Source: Rhizophagus irregularis
Taxonomy: Eukaryota
Length of the DNA: 64,000 nucleotides
Assembly: GCF_026210795.1 (NCBI RefSeq)
Contig: NC_089433.1
Location: 1,798,001 to 1,862,000, forward strand
Reading direction: 5' to 3'
Positions 13,180-25,368 of the stretch are shown piece by piece; positions within the stretch are counted from its first letter, which is position 1; every line of letters starts with the position of its first letter. The notes below the pieces were generated by a model. The model saw nothing but the letters and a program-made list of their open reading frames with translations. It did no database searches and was not told the DNA's origin. A program made the position numbers and the translations under genes.

Positions 13180-16100
13180 ACACCAATTTATATCGGGTGC
13201 ATCACAGGGATTTCACCCCCCTAATAGTGCGATACTTAATAATGATAGTCCTAATATTCCGCCTTCTTCTTCCTTTTCTTCCCCTCTTATTAACTTTGGA
13301 CAAATCAATGTTAATGGATTATGTTCCCCTGTGCGACAATTACATTTGTTAAATTATTTTCTCCATTCTTCTTTTGGCGTTTTATCTTTAAATGATACTC
13401 GTCTTACTTCTTCGGTGCCAAATTTATTTATCAAAATGAACATTTCCAACATAATTTTAAGTCCTATTGGGCTCCTTCCCCTTCTAATTCACGACCTCAT
13501 GATGGTGTTGGTCTTTTACTTCGCCATCCTTTACATAAACATGTTCAGAAAATTGATCCTTGGAAAGGTCGTCTTTTAAAATTAGATCTTTTTTTCCATC
13601 AGACAAAAATTTCTATTATTTCTGTTTATATTCCTCCTTATCATTCGATTCATTATAAAGAACGTGATGCTATTTTTGCCCAACTTAATTTATGGCTTGA
13701 TAAAGCCCGCTCTAATAACTATCACGTAGTCATCCTTGGTGATTTTAATGCAGATGAAATTTCACATTCACATCTTCCTCAACATCATTTAAAAATTTTA
13801 CGATCACTTTCTTCTCGATACTTTACGGATCATCAATCCCATATTTCTTCAATTTCAGGTCCTAGTCCCACTTTTTATCATCAAAATGGTTCTTCAAGAC
13901 TTGATTATATTTGGTCATCTCCTGGATTTCCTGCTCCTGGTCTCTTCTCTCATGTTGAAACTTGTCCTAAGCTGAATGATAATCAATTTACTGATCACCG
14001 TGTACTTATAACGGCCTTTGATTTTAGCTCATGTTTCGCTATTTTATCCAAAGCTAGATTAAAGCAGAAAAGCGAACAGCGTACCATCTTTCTTTACAAA
14101 AATTTGAAAGATGATGTTTGGGAGACCTTTTCCAATGAAGTAAACTCGCGTCTTGAGTTGTATTTGACCACACACCATCCCTCTATATCTTCACTTTCAG
14201 CTATTTCATTGGACAAACTTTGGCACGCTCTTAAACGTTCTATTCTTGGTGGTGCCATTGATTCCTTACCATTTCAGCATGTATCCAATACTCACCATCA
14301 TAAATATCCTCCTGAGCTTACGATGCTTATTGCTATCAACAAATTCTTGGATAGATTATTGTTCAAATTGACCACGTCTCGGCTTAGTCGTCCAGCTCAA
14401 ATTTCACAGATGATTAATTCTTTGTCTACACAATTAACTCTTCTGAAATCTCTTTTAATAGATTATACTATACCTATTTATAGTACGACACCACTTCCTG
14501 CTTTTATCAAATTTTTGCGTTCGCAAAAAGCCTTGGTCTCTGCATATCTTTCTACGCAATTTCATCAACATCGTGTAGATTCCATTGAATATTATACCGC
14601 TCTTAGAGATGAACATTTCTCTACGTCTCCAGGCTCCTTTATTTCTTCAGCCCTATCAGTGGAACATCGTTCTATTGTTCTTGATAGAGTTTTGGTTGTA
14701 ATTGACTCCAAACCTACTTTACTTACTGATCCTTCAGATATTAAACAAGCTGCTATTAAACACTTCCAATCGGTAGTTACTCCTCCTTTGGTCCAATATT
14801 CTTCTACCGAATCATTTCCTCCACGTTGGCAGAGAGCATATACTCCTTTTTCTGACATTGATTCATCCTTATATACTTCGGTTATGTCTCCTATTCTGGC
14901 CAATGAATGGATGAACACTATCAACTCTATGCCTAATAATAAAGCCTCTGGTCCTTCCAAAATTTCCTATGAGATGCTCAAACATTTAACTGGCGAAGCT
15001 TTCAACTTATCCCTTATTTTAGCTAATGCCTGCCTCATCCATGGAGATATTCCTGCAGATTGGCGTGAAGCGCTTGTTTATCCCATTCCAAAGCCTCATG
15101 AATTTGACGCACAATTGAAGAATACGCGACCCATCACTTTATTGGAAACTGTACGAAAATGTGTGGTTAAGGTCGTTACAACTCGTCTTTCAAAAATCCT
15201 AGCTGACAACCAAGTGCTTCTAGGTGGTAATTTTGCTGGATTGCCAGGCGGTTCCACTGATATTCCTATTAAGATGCTTGATGCTATTATTCATCAACGA
15301 CGCTTTGACAAAACTGATGACCAAGGATTATGGATTGTTTCTCAGGACATTTCTAAGGCCTTTGACTCAATTGATTTAAACATGCTTAGACTTGCTTTAA
15401 TTCGTCTGCATATACCGTCTTTATTGATTAAATTTATCATCAACCTTTTTACAAGACGTAATAATAAAATTATTACCCATCATGGTGATACTTCTGGATA
15501 TAGAGTTAGAATCGGTATTGACCAGGGTGAAATCATTTCTCCATTATTATGGGTTATTTACTTGGATCCTTTGCTTACCACACTTAATCGAGAAGCTTGT
15601 GATCCTTTTATTTTGAAATCTTCTGCATTATTGGATTATTCTCCAATTGAATATGAACAACACAATCTTCCTGTTTCACATATTACATTTATGGATGATT
15701 CTACTTTAATTGCTTCATCTAAACGAGGAATTGAAGATCGCCTTTCCATTACTGCTGAATTTTATACTTTAAATAATACTCAAGCAAATTCAGCAAAATA
15801 TATACTTCTTTCTTCTGAACAATTTTCTCAAACTATTGTGTTTGATCTTTCTCCATCCCCTCTAATTACATCTCATACCCTTACTTTAAAGGCGTTAGCC
15901 TTATCTACATCTTTTCGTTTTTTAGGTGTTTGGTTTAACCTTTCGGCTTCTTCTCGTTTTGTTCACAACCAAACTGTTTCCATGGTCAAAGATATGGCTG
16001 CTTTACTTAGTCCGAAAAAGCTTTTGGCGCAACATGTGACTTACCTTTACAATATTGTTTTACTTCCGAGGCTTGAGTTTCGCCTACAATCCACATTATT

Positions 16101-18651
16101 TGCTGAATCCACTATTAATCGCATGGTTTCTCCAATGCTTTCCCTTATTCGTCAGAAGGCTGGTTTGGCCTCGGTCACTCCTCTTTCCGCGCTTTTTACT
16201 ATGCTGCCTTTCTCCATTCAGCAAGCGTTTGGTCGATTTTTATCATCTCATGTGGCTTCATGGCAGAAAATTTTTTCTCACCCTTCATATAAGCTTTTTG
16301 CCAATTATATGATTACCTATCTCCAAGGACTTTTGGATTGTGATGCCTGTCCCTCTACTATTGATTTGGAACCATGGTCCCATACCTTTTCCTTACGAAC
16401 ACATTCTTTGTTCAATTCTTTATTGTTCTCTTCTCGATTGAATATCACGTGGTCTTTATTGTTCCGACCTCCGAGGAAAGATTTACGACCGGCGATTCCA
16501 CTCCGGTCTATTTTACCAAATGATTTATTTACTTCCATGAAAAATGTTCGGAATAATTTCTGCACTCGTTTTCTTGCTCAACTGATTACACCATGTGGCT
16601 CTCGACTTCTTTCATGGAAAGATTTACACTTTCTTAAACGAGTATCGAACAAAGGATCTGTGCCTGCTTGGTTTAATTATTTGTTCAATCTTATTGTTAT
16701 TCCTAATTCACCTTCTTTTTTTATTTTACAACAATTTAGAATTCCTAGTTCTCATACTGTAGCTTCTATTTCCTTTATAGATATTAGTCGAAATTATTGG
16801 TTTAACCCTCAATGGGCTATTTCTTTTAATCGTAATACTAATTCTTTTCTCGTTGGCCGTGTGATTACTACCTATCCTGCTCCACGTAATGAAGCTCTCA
16901 TTTCACATTGGATTGCGTCTTCGGTTGATGACTTGCTTTCTGATTTTACTGCATGCCAAGGTTGTGCCTCTGCTCTCCCGCGATCCTCTACCTCTAAGAC
17001 GTTGCTTAAACGATGTCCTTCTGAAAAGTGCTTCTCATATGTGTCTTTATCAAGTTTGATCCGTTATCCGATGAAACCTCGAACTTACATACATGCGGAT
17101 ACTCGCTCGGTTTCACTTTCCGCCTCGTTAGGCTATGCCAAATCTCTTTTATTATTTCATCTTTTTGCTCCAGATCGGTTACCTTCTATGAATGAACAAA
17201 TGCCTAGGATTTCTGTTATCCAACTTCCTTCTTCGGTGTCTACACTTTATATTGATGGTTCCTTCCTCCCTCCTTCTAGTCATCCGGTATCCTCGATGGC
17301 TTATGCATGGACTGCTATAGATCCTGATGGATTTATTTTGGAATCCCACTATAATATTATTTCCTCCATTTTTCCTTCTGCTTTACGTTCAGAAGTTTTT
17401 GCTTTATTGCACGGATTGGACTCCCTTCCTCGGAATTCAAAGATTACTGTTGCCACTGATTGTGCCCAATTACTTTCTTTTTGGTCTTTATATGTGGATG
17501 CTCCCTTTCTTCCCAGAATGCTTAAAGAATCCAACCACCTTTTGTGGTCTTCCATACGCACTATTATGTTGCAAAAGAATCTGGATGTTACCTTGATCAA
17601 GGTCCCTGCTCATGCTGACGATCCTTTGAATAATCATGTGGATGCATTAGCCAAAGCCGCTCATACTGACTCACAGCTTTCCTCTTGTCCACCCTCGGCA
17701 TTGATGGCTCCTTGCATTTTACAATTTAATTCCTTACCTGTGGATATGAATATCCGGAAATTTATTAGAGATATTTTTGACGCCAAAAGTCTTTTAACTC
17801 TTGCTGTATTGCCAAGATTTAATTCCTATTCTTCAACTTCTGATATTGATTGGGCTTGCACCAAATTTTGTCTCAATAACAATAAGCAATTTGCCTCTCA
17901 CCGGAATGGTCGTTCCGAGTTTTGTGGATTCCGTATCAAATTACTATTAGATATGCTTCCAACGCTTACAACTCTTCAGAGACGAAAGCCTCACCTATAT
18001 AATCCGAGTTGGCTATGTCCGCAATGTAATTCTTTTCCTGAGACCTTAGACCACTTGTGGACTTGTCCTTATATCTTACCGGAGTTTAGCCCTTTAAATA
18101 CCTTCAAGACACTACTGTTAAATTTTCTGACTAATTGTCTTGATAAATTCCTTTCTGCATCATCTTTAATACCCTTACCGGACTCTTTTGCTGCTGATTT
18201 TATATCTCTTAATTGTTGGAATTGTGATCCTCCTTCAGTTTCTTGCCTACGACTCGCTAGAGGACTTATACCGACTTCTCTTGCAGAATTTCTTGGAACT
18301 TATTTCTCTCTACTTCTCATATGGTCTATCTTAGATACACCTTTGCATGACTTTCATTTTGACCTTTATGTTCAAATCTGGTTGTGCCGTTCTATTTTCT
18401 TTCATCATTGGGAATCAGCTCAAGGCATTACTAAAAAACTGAAATTATCAGCTCTTGGGTCTTCTTCTATTTCTTGCACTTCCTCTAACGTCCCTCCTGA
18501 TTCTTCGACACCTTCTCTGGCGACAGTTTCCTCGGATTCCTGGGTTTCTTGGGTTTCCTCTTCTATAATCCGTGGGGGATCTTGGATTTCACACTTGGAT
18601 TTTTGGCGCCGCTTAACAGTTCAGCCTCTACTTAGGACTTCTTTTTGGTAA
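13172..18651 (+). CDS. LINE ORF2: APE endonuclease, reverse transcriptase, RNase H, C-terminal CCHC; one frameshift near 13413
   Basis: EN motifs GQINVNGL, GVGLLL, GDFN, RLDYIW, TDH; RT motifs KASGP, RPITLL, DISKAFDSI, GIDQGEIISPLLW, FMDD, FLGV; RNase H LYIDGS, SEVFA, ATDC, AHADDPLNNHVDALAK; CPQC..ETLDHLWTC. Confidence 0.93.
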
Positions 18652-19332
18652 CGGATTGGATCTTCGGATATGCTGGATAGTTGACTCACACTGGCCTTCG
18701 GGTAAAGATGGGGTATGCGTTTCTGTAATAGTTTAGTTTTCTTTACTTAATTTTATTTTGTTTAGATTTCTTTACTTGTATGATTCGTGAAGCTAGTTCT
18801 TTTTATTTTTTATGTTTATTTTCTATATTTGATATTTGTAATATTGTTTGATTTGTTTATTGTACTTTTCGTTTAAAAATTAATAATAAAAGATAAAGTC
18901 ACAAGACTGTTTGCTCATAATCACCAAATAAGAGGATCATCGCAACTCTTTCCTGAATTTTTGAAAATACTAATAAAATTTATTTTTGAAATTTTCGTTC
19001 GAAAATTTCTAAGTGCTCATTTAAAATACTAACATTTCCCCAGTTGCTTTCCTCTTTACTGAGCTTTAAACTATGACTACACCTCCAGCTCCTTCTGTTA
19101 TTAACCCAGATATTCCACCACCACCACGTCCTGTTGTTTCTGCTCCCTCTGGAGACCGACCTTTATCTCCCACTAGTACCGCTGGTGCGCCTAATAAACG
19201 TACACGTACTGTCTCTGATGACGTGATGAATGTTGATATAACTTCGCCCTCAGCTCCTGCCCCTACCTTATTTCTACCGTTCCTTCTGGTCTTCCTGTCA
19301 ACAAAGTCCAAGTGATCACATCTTCTCAAAAT

Positions 19333-19695
19333 CACAGGTCGAAATTAGTTAAATAGGGTATCAATAGGTTATCAATAGGTTATCAATCGGCTATCAATAG
19401 GCTACCCTATTGGTAGCCTATTGAACTTGCGCCATAATCCGTCACCAATCAGGCAGGCTGATTGTTAGCCAATTAATAACCTATTGATAACCTATTAGTA
19501 TCCTATTGGTATTTTTATCAAATTGGTTATCAATAAGGTATTAATAGGTTATCAATAGGTTATCAATCAGCCTGCCCGATTGGTGACGGATTATGGCGCA
19601 AGTTCAATAGGCTACCAATAGGGTAGCCTATTGATAGCCGATTGATAACCTATTGATAACCTATTGATACCCTATTTAACTAATTTCAACCTGTG
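19333..19695. mobile_element. Fold-back MITE, CAC termini, 3-bp TSD (CACTA/CMC-like)
   Basis: AAT|CACAGGTCGAAATTAG...CTAATTTCAACCTGTG|AAT; ~130-bp near-perfect arms with TATCAATAGGT repeats; empty site visible in copy 1. Confidence 0.93.
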
Positions 19696-22600
19696 AATAT
19701 TACCACTCCGGTTGAAACTGTTGACGCTTCTATCTATGCTCTCTCTAACACCAGTGGTAAAGGCAAAGCTGTCGCCTTTGATATCCTAGAACGACGCCCA
19801 TCTCCTGATGGTAATGCTGCTGCTATCAAATCCACACCTTCTCGCTACCATGCTGCGGCCTATCTACGTGACGCGCCTGACACGTTCAAAGCTAAATTTA
19901 CCACCAATCGCTCCATGTGTGACGAAGTGGATTGCTCACTCTCCCGATATTCCTCTTATGGTGCTCGCGCACGCTGCGATGGCTCAGGAGATAACAAAAA
20001 GATCCTCGTCTTCTTTAATGATCAACAGGATTTCACCGATTGTGTCAGCTCCCCACGTGCTGATCTTCTCAATTTAGTCTTCACCCATTATTCCCCTGCA
20101 GATGCCAAACTCAGCGACGAAGAAAAGTCTTTGTTTATCACTGATATCCCACTTTTCCTAAATGAGACTCAAGTCTGCCAAGCATTTTTCCGATATGGCA
20201 CTGTAGTTAAGTGCAAACTTACTCCTAAGAAGCATTATTATAATGGACATATACAGTTTTCCTCCGCGGATGCAGTTACCCAATTTAATGATATTTGGGC
20301 GATCATTTGCCTTGGTAACTCTCTACGTGTCTGCCCGGCATCCTTTTCGAAATCCCAACGCGATAGCCACAGAGAACATGTCGCTATCCTTGCTGGCATT
20401 CCAAAGAACATTAAAGAAGCTGATTTGCTTGATATTGCTACTCAAGTCAATGCTAAGGCTCTTAACATTCCTCTATCTATTAATTCCTACAAACCTAAAC
20501 CCTATGTATATTTGAATTTCTCCTCATTCGAATCTCTTGAAGCTGCCAAAGAAATGACCGTGGCTTTCCGCGGTAAAGGATTAACATGGCACCCTCCCAA
20601 TGAAGCACAGATTTTATGCCACGTTTGTGAACGTCCTGGTTGTTCTCCTTCTGTGTGTAATCTTCGTACTACACGGAAAGTGGACGATCGCCTTAACAAA
20701 CTTTATTCTCGCTTTAATGCTGGCCCTAGACGTGGACGTCAGGATTCGTGCCAATCACGTGACTATTCCACCTCCCGTTCACGATCGCGATCCAATTCTA
20801 GATCTCACAATAATAATTCCTCTTCACCCCGTTCCAACAACAATAACAACAACAACAATAACACTAACACTTCCCATCCTAATACTTCTCGAAGTAGTAA
20901 CCGGTCCAACAATAATAACAATCTCCGGAACAATGGTAATTCCTCTGGTCCTACCCAATCTCCAGACCAACCTCATCCTATCAGTTCTACACCTACTTCG
21001 CCATCTGACAGCCCTGCTCATACACTTCCTCAACATGTTATTGATGAATTAAAGGCGCAGATCAAAGAGATTGCTACTACCCTTAAATCTCTTGATGAAA
21101 CTGTTTCCTGGATGCAGGATACTATTACAAATCATGATTATAGAATATCTGAACTCGAATCAATGATGAATTATGATAATAATAATCCGGGTGACTCAGA
21201 TTTGTACCCACCTCATAATTATCACGATAACCATTCTTATGATAATGGATGGGATGATATCCCAGCCAATGACACGAATTCTGGATTCAATCTTCCTCCT
21301 CATACTTCACCTTCTCTTATGGACACTTCTCCAGATGCTTCCTTTTCAACTCTGGATCCTAACTCTGTCCTATCGAGACGACATGTTCCCTTACCTAATT
21401 CTCGACCTACTATTATTGCCCCTGACGCTAATTCTTCCCGTCTACAATCAGAAATCTTTAATGTTACTAATACACAAAAGAATCTTTCTGCCCAACTTGG
21501 TTCGATTATGGAAAAATTGGACTCCTTCTCTCCTTCAAAACCCTCCTCTTCCAATGATTGAACACCAATTTATATCGGGTGTATCACAGGGATTTCACCC
21601 CCCTAATATTGCGATACCTAAATTTAATAATCCTAATAATCTCTCTTCTCCTTTTTCCCCCTTGTTAATTTTGGACAAATCAATGTCAATGGTTTATGTT
21701 CTCCTGTTCGACAACTGCATTTGTTAAATTATTTTCTCCATTTCTCCTTTGGCGTTTTATCTTTAAATGATACTCGCCTTACTTCTTCTGGTGCTAAATT
21801 CATTTATCATAATCAACATTCCCTATATAATTTTAAGTCCTATTGGGCTCCTTCTCCTTTTAATTCACGACCACATGATGGCGTTGGTCTTTTACTTCGC
21901 CATTCTTTACATAAACATGTTCAGAAGATCGATTCTTGGAATGGTCGTTTATTAAAACTAGATCTTTTTTTTCATCAAACAAAAATTTCTATTATTTCTG
22001 TCTATATTCCTCCTTATCATTCTATTCATTATAAAGAACGTAATGCTATTTTTGCTCAACTTAATTTATGGCTCGATAAAGCCTGTTCTAATAATTATCA
22101 TATAGTTATTCTTGGTGATTTTAATGCAGATGAAATTTCACATTCACATCTTCCTCAACATCATTTGAAAATTTTGCGATCACTTTCTTCTCAATATTTT
22201 ACGGATCATCAATCCCATATTTCTTTGATTTCCGGTTCTAGTCCTACCTTTTATCATCAAAATGGTGCTTCAAGGCTTGACTATATTTGGTCATCCCCTG
22301 GATTTCCTGCTCCCAGTCTTTTCTCTCAAGTTGAAACTTGCCCTAAGTTGAATGATAATCAATTTACCGATCACCGTGTACTTATAACGGCCTTTGATTT
22401 TAGCTCTTGTTTCGCTACTTTAGCTAAAGCTAGACTTAAACAGAAAAGCGAACAACGCACCATCTTTCTTTACAAAAATTTGAAAGAAGATACTTGGGAC
22501 AAATTTTCTAATGAAGTAAACTCACGTCTCGAGTTATATTTGACCACACACCACCCTTCGATATCTTCACTATCAGTTCTATCCTTAGACAAACTTTGGC

Positions 22601-25368
22601 ACGCTCTTAAACGTTCTATTCTTGGTGGTGCTATTGATTCTCTACCATTTCAACATGTATCCAATACCCATCACCATAAGTATCCTCCTGAACTTACGAT
22701 GCTTATTGCTATCAACAAATTCTTGGATAGATTATTGTTCAAATTGACCACTTCTCGGCCTAGTCGTCCTGCTCAAATTTCACAGATGATTAATTCTTTG
22801 TCTACACAATTAATTCTTCTCAAATCTCTTTTAAAAGATTATACTATACCTTTTTATAGTACAACACCACTTCCTGCCTTTGTCAAATTTTTGCGTTCAC
22901 AAAAGATTTGGTCTCAGCTTATCTTTCCACGCAATTTCATCAACATCGTGTAGATTCCATCGAATATTATACTGCTCTTAGAGATGAACATTTCTCTACA
23001 TCTCCGGACTCCTTTATTTCTTCAGCCCTATCAGTGGAATATCGTTCTATCGTTCTTAATAGAGTTTTGGTTGTCATTGACTCCAAACCCACATTACTTA
23101 CTGATCCTTCAGATATCAAACAAGCTGCCATTAAACACTTCCAATCGGTTGTTACTCCTCCTTTGATCCAATATTCTTCTATTGACGAATTTTCTTCACG
23201 TTGGCAAAGAGCATATACTCCTCTTTCTGATATTGATTCGTCATTATATGACTCGGTTTTGTCTCCTATTCTGGAAGATGAATGGAAGAGTACTCTCAAT
23301 TCTATGCCTAATAATAAAGCCTCTGGTCCTTTCAAGATCTCTTATGAGATGCTGAAACATTTAACTGGCGGAGCTTTTAATTTGTCTCTTATTTTAGCTA
23401 ATGCCTGCCTTAACCAAGGCGATATCCCTGCTGATTGGCGTGAAGCGCTTGTTTATCCCATCCCAAAGCCTCATGAATTTGATGCTCAATTAAAGAATAC
23501 GCGACCTATCACTTTATTGGAAACTGTACGGAAATGCGTGGTTAAAGTCGTTACAACTCGACTTTCAAAAATTCTAGCTGACAACCAAGTGCTTCAAGGT
23601 GATAATTTTGCTGGATTGCCAGGCGGTTTCACTGACATTTCTATTAAGATGCTTGATGCTATTATTCATCAACGACGTTTTGACAAAACTGATGACCAAG
23701 AATTATGGATTGTTTCTCAGACATCTCTAAGGCCTTTGACTCAATTGATTTAAACATGCTTAGACTGGCTTTAATTCGTCTGCATATACCGTCTTTATTG
23801 ATCAAATTTATTATTAACCTTTTTACAAGACGTAATAATAAAATTATTACACATCATGGTGATACTTCTGGATATAGAGTTAGAATTGGTATTGACCAAG
23901 GTGAAATCATTTCTCCATTATTATGGGTTATTTACTTGGATCCTTTGCTTACTACACTTAATCGAGAAGCTTGTGATCCCTTTATTTTGAAATCTTCTGC
24001 ATTATTGGATTATTTTCCCATTGAATATGAACAACATAATCTTCCTGTTTCGCATATTACATTTATGAATGATTCTACTTTAATTGCTTCATCTAAACGA
24101 GGAATTGAAGATCGCCTTTCCATTACTGCTGAATTTTATACTTTAAATAATACACAAGCAAATTCAGCAAAATATATCCTTCTTTCTTCTGAACAATTTT
24201 CTCAAACTATAGTGTTTGATCTTTCTCCCTCTCCTCTAATTTCATGTCCTACTCTTACTTTAAAAGCGTTAGCTTTATTCACCTCTTTCCGTTTTTTAGG
24301 TGTTTGGTTCTGTCTTTCGGCTTCTTCTCGTTTTGTTCATAACCAAACCACTTCCATGGTTAAAGACATGGTCGCTCTTCTCAGTCCCAAAAAACTTTTG
24401 GCATAACATATAGCTTATCTTTATAATGTTGTCCTACTTCCGAGGCTAGAATTTCGCCTACAAACCACATTATTTGCAGAATCTACCATTAATCGCATGG
24501 TTTCTCCAATGCTTTCCCTTATTCGACAGAAGGCTGGTCTTGTTTCAGTCACTCCTCTCTCTGCGCTTTTCACTTTGTTACCATTTTCAATCCAACAAGC
24601 ATTTGGTCGATTTCTTTCATTCCATGTGGCTTCATGGCAGAAAATTTTTTCTCACCCTTCATATAAACTTTTTGCCAATTATATGATTACTTATCTCCAA
24701 GGTTTTTTGGACTGTGATGCCTGTCCTTCTACTATTGACCTGGAACTATGGTCCCATACCTTTTCCTTGCGAACACATTCTTTGTTCAATTCTTTATTAT
24801 TCTCTTCTCGTTTAAATATCACGTGGTCTTTATTGTTCCGATCTCTGAGGAAAGATTTACGTCTGGTGATTCCACTCCGGTCTATTTTACCAAAAGATTT
24901 ATTTCCTTCCATGAAAAATGTTCGGAAAAATTTCTGCACTCGTTATCTCGCCCAATTGATTACACCGTATGGCTCTCGACTTCTCTCATGGAAAAATTTA
25001 CGTTTCCTTAAACGAGTATCAAAAAAGGATCTGTACCTGCTTGGTTTAATTATTTATTTAATCTTATTGTTATTCCTAATTCTATTTCTTTGTTTGTTTT
25101 ATCACAATTTAGAATTCCTATTTCTCATACTGTAGCTTCTATTTCTTTTATAGACATTAGTCGTAATTATTGTTTAACCCTCAATGGGCTATTTCTTTCA
25201 ATCGTAATACTAACTCTTTTCTTGTTGGCCGTGTAATCACTATTTATCCTGCTCCACGTAACAAAGCTCTTATCTCGCATTGGATTGCAACTTCGGTTGA
25301 TGATTTGTTTTCTGATTTCTCAGCATGCCAAGGATGTGCTTCTGCTATCCCGCGATCCTCTACCTCTA

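Larger units (their letters stand above)
10912..18916 (+). mobile_element. Non-LTR retrotransposon (LINE) copy 1, full length, ~8.0 kb
   Basis: 5' UTR, ORF1, ORF2 (APE-RT-RNase H-CCHC), 3' UTR; bounded by the 15-mer on both sides; colinear with copies 2-4. Confidence 0.95.

Noticed and set aside
18652..19070. LTRs at the junctions
   Set aside because: The repeated block is one copy's 3' UTR plus the next copy's 5' UTR; ORF2 has APE and no integrase or protease.
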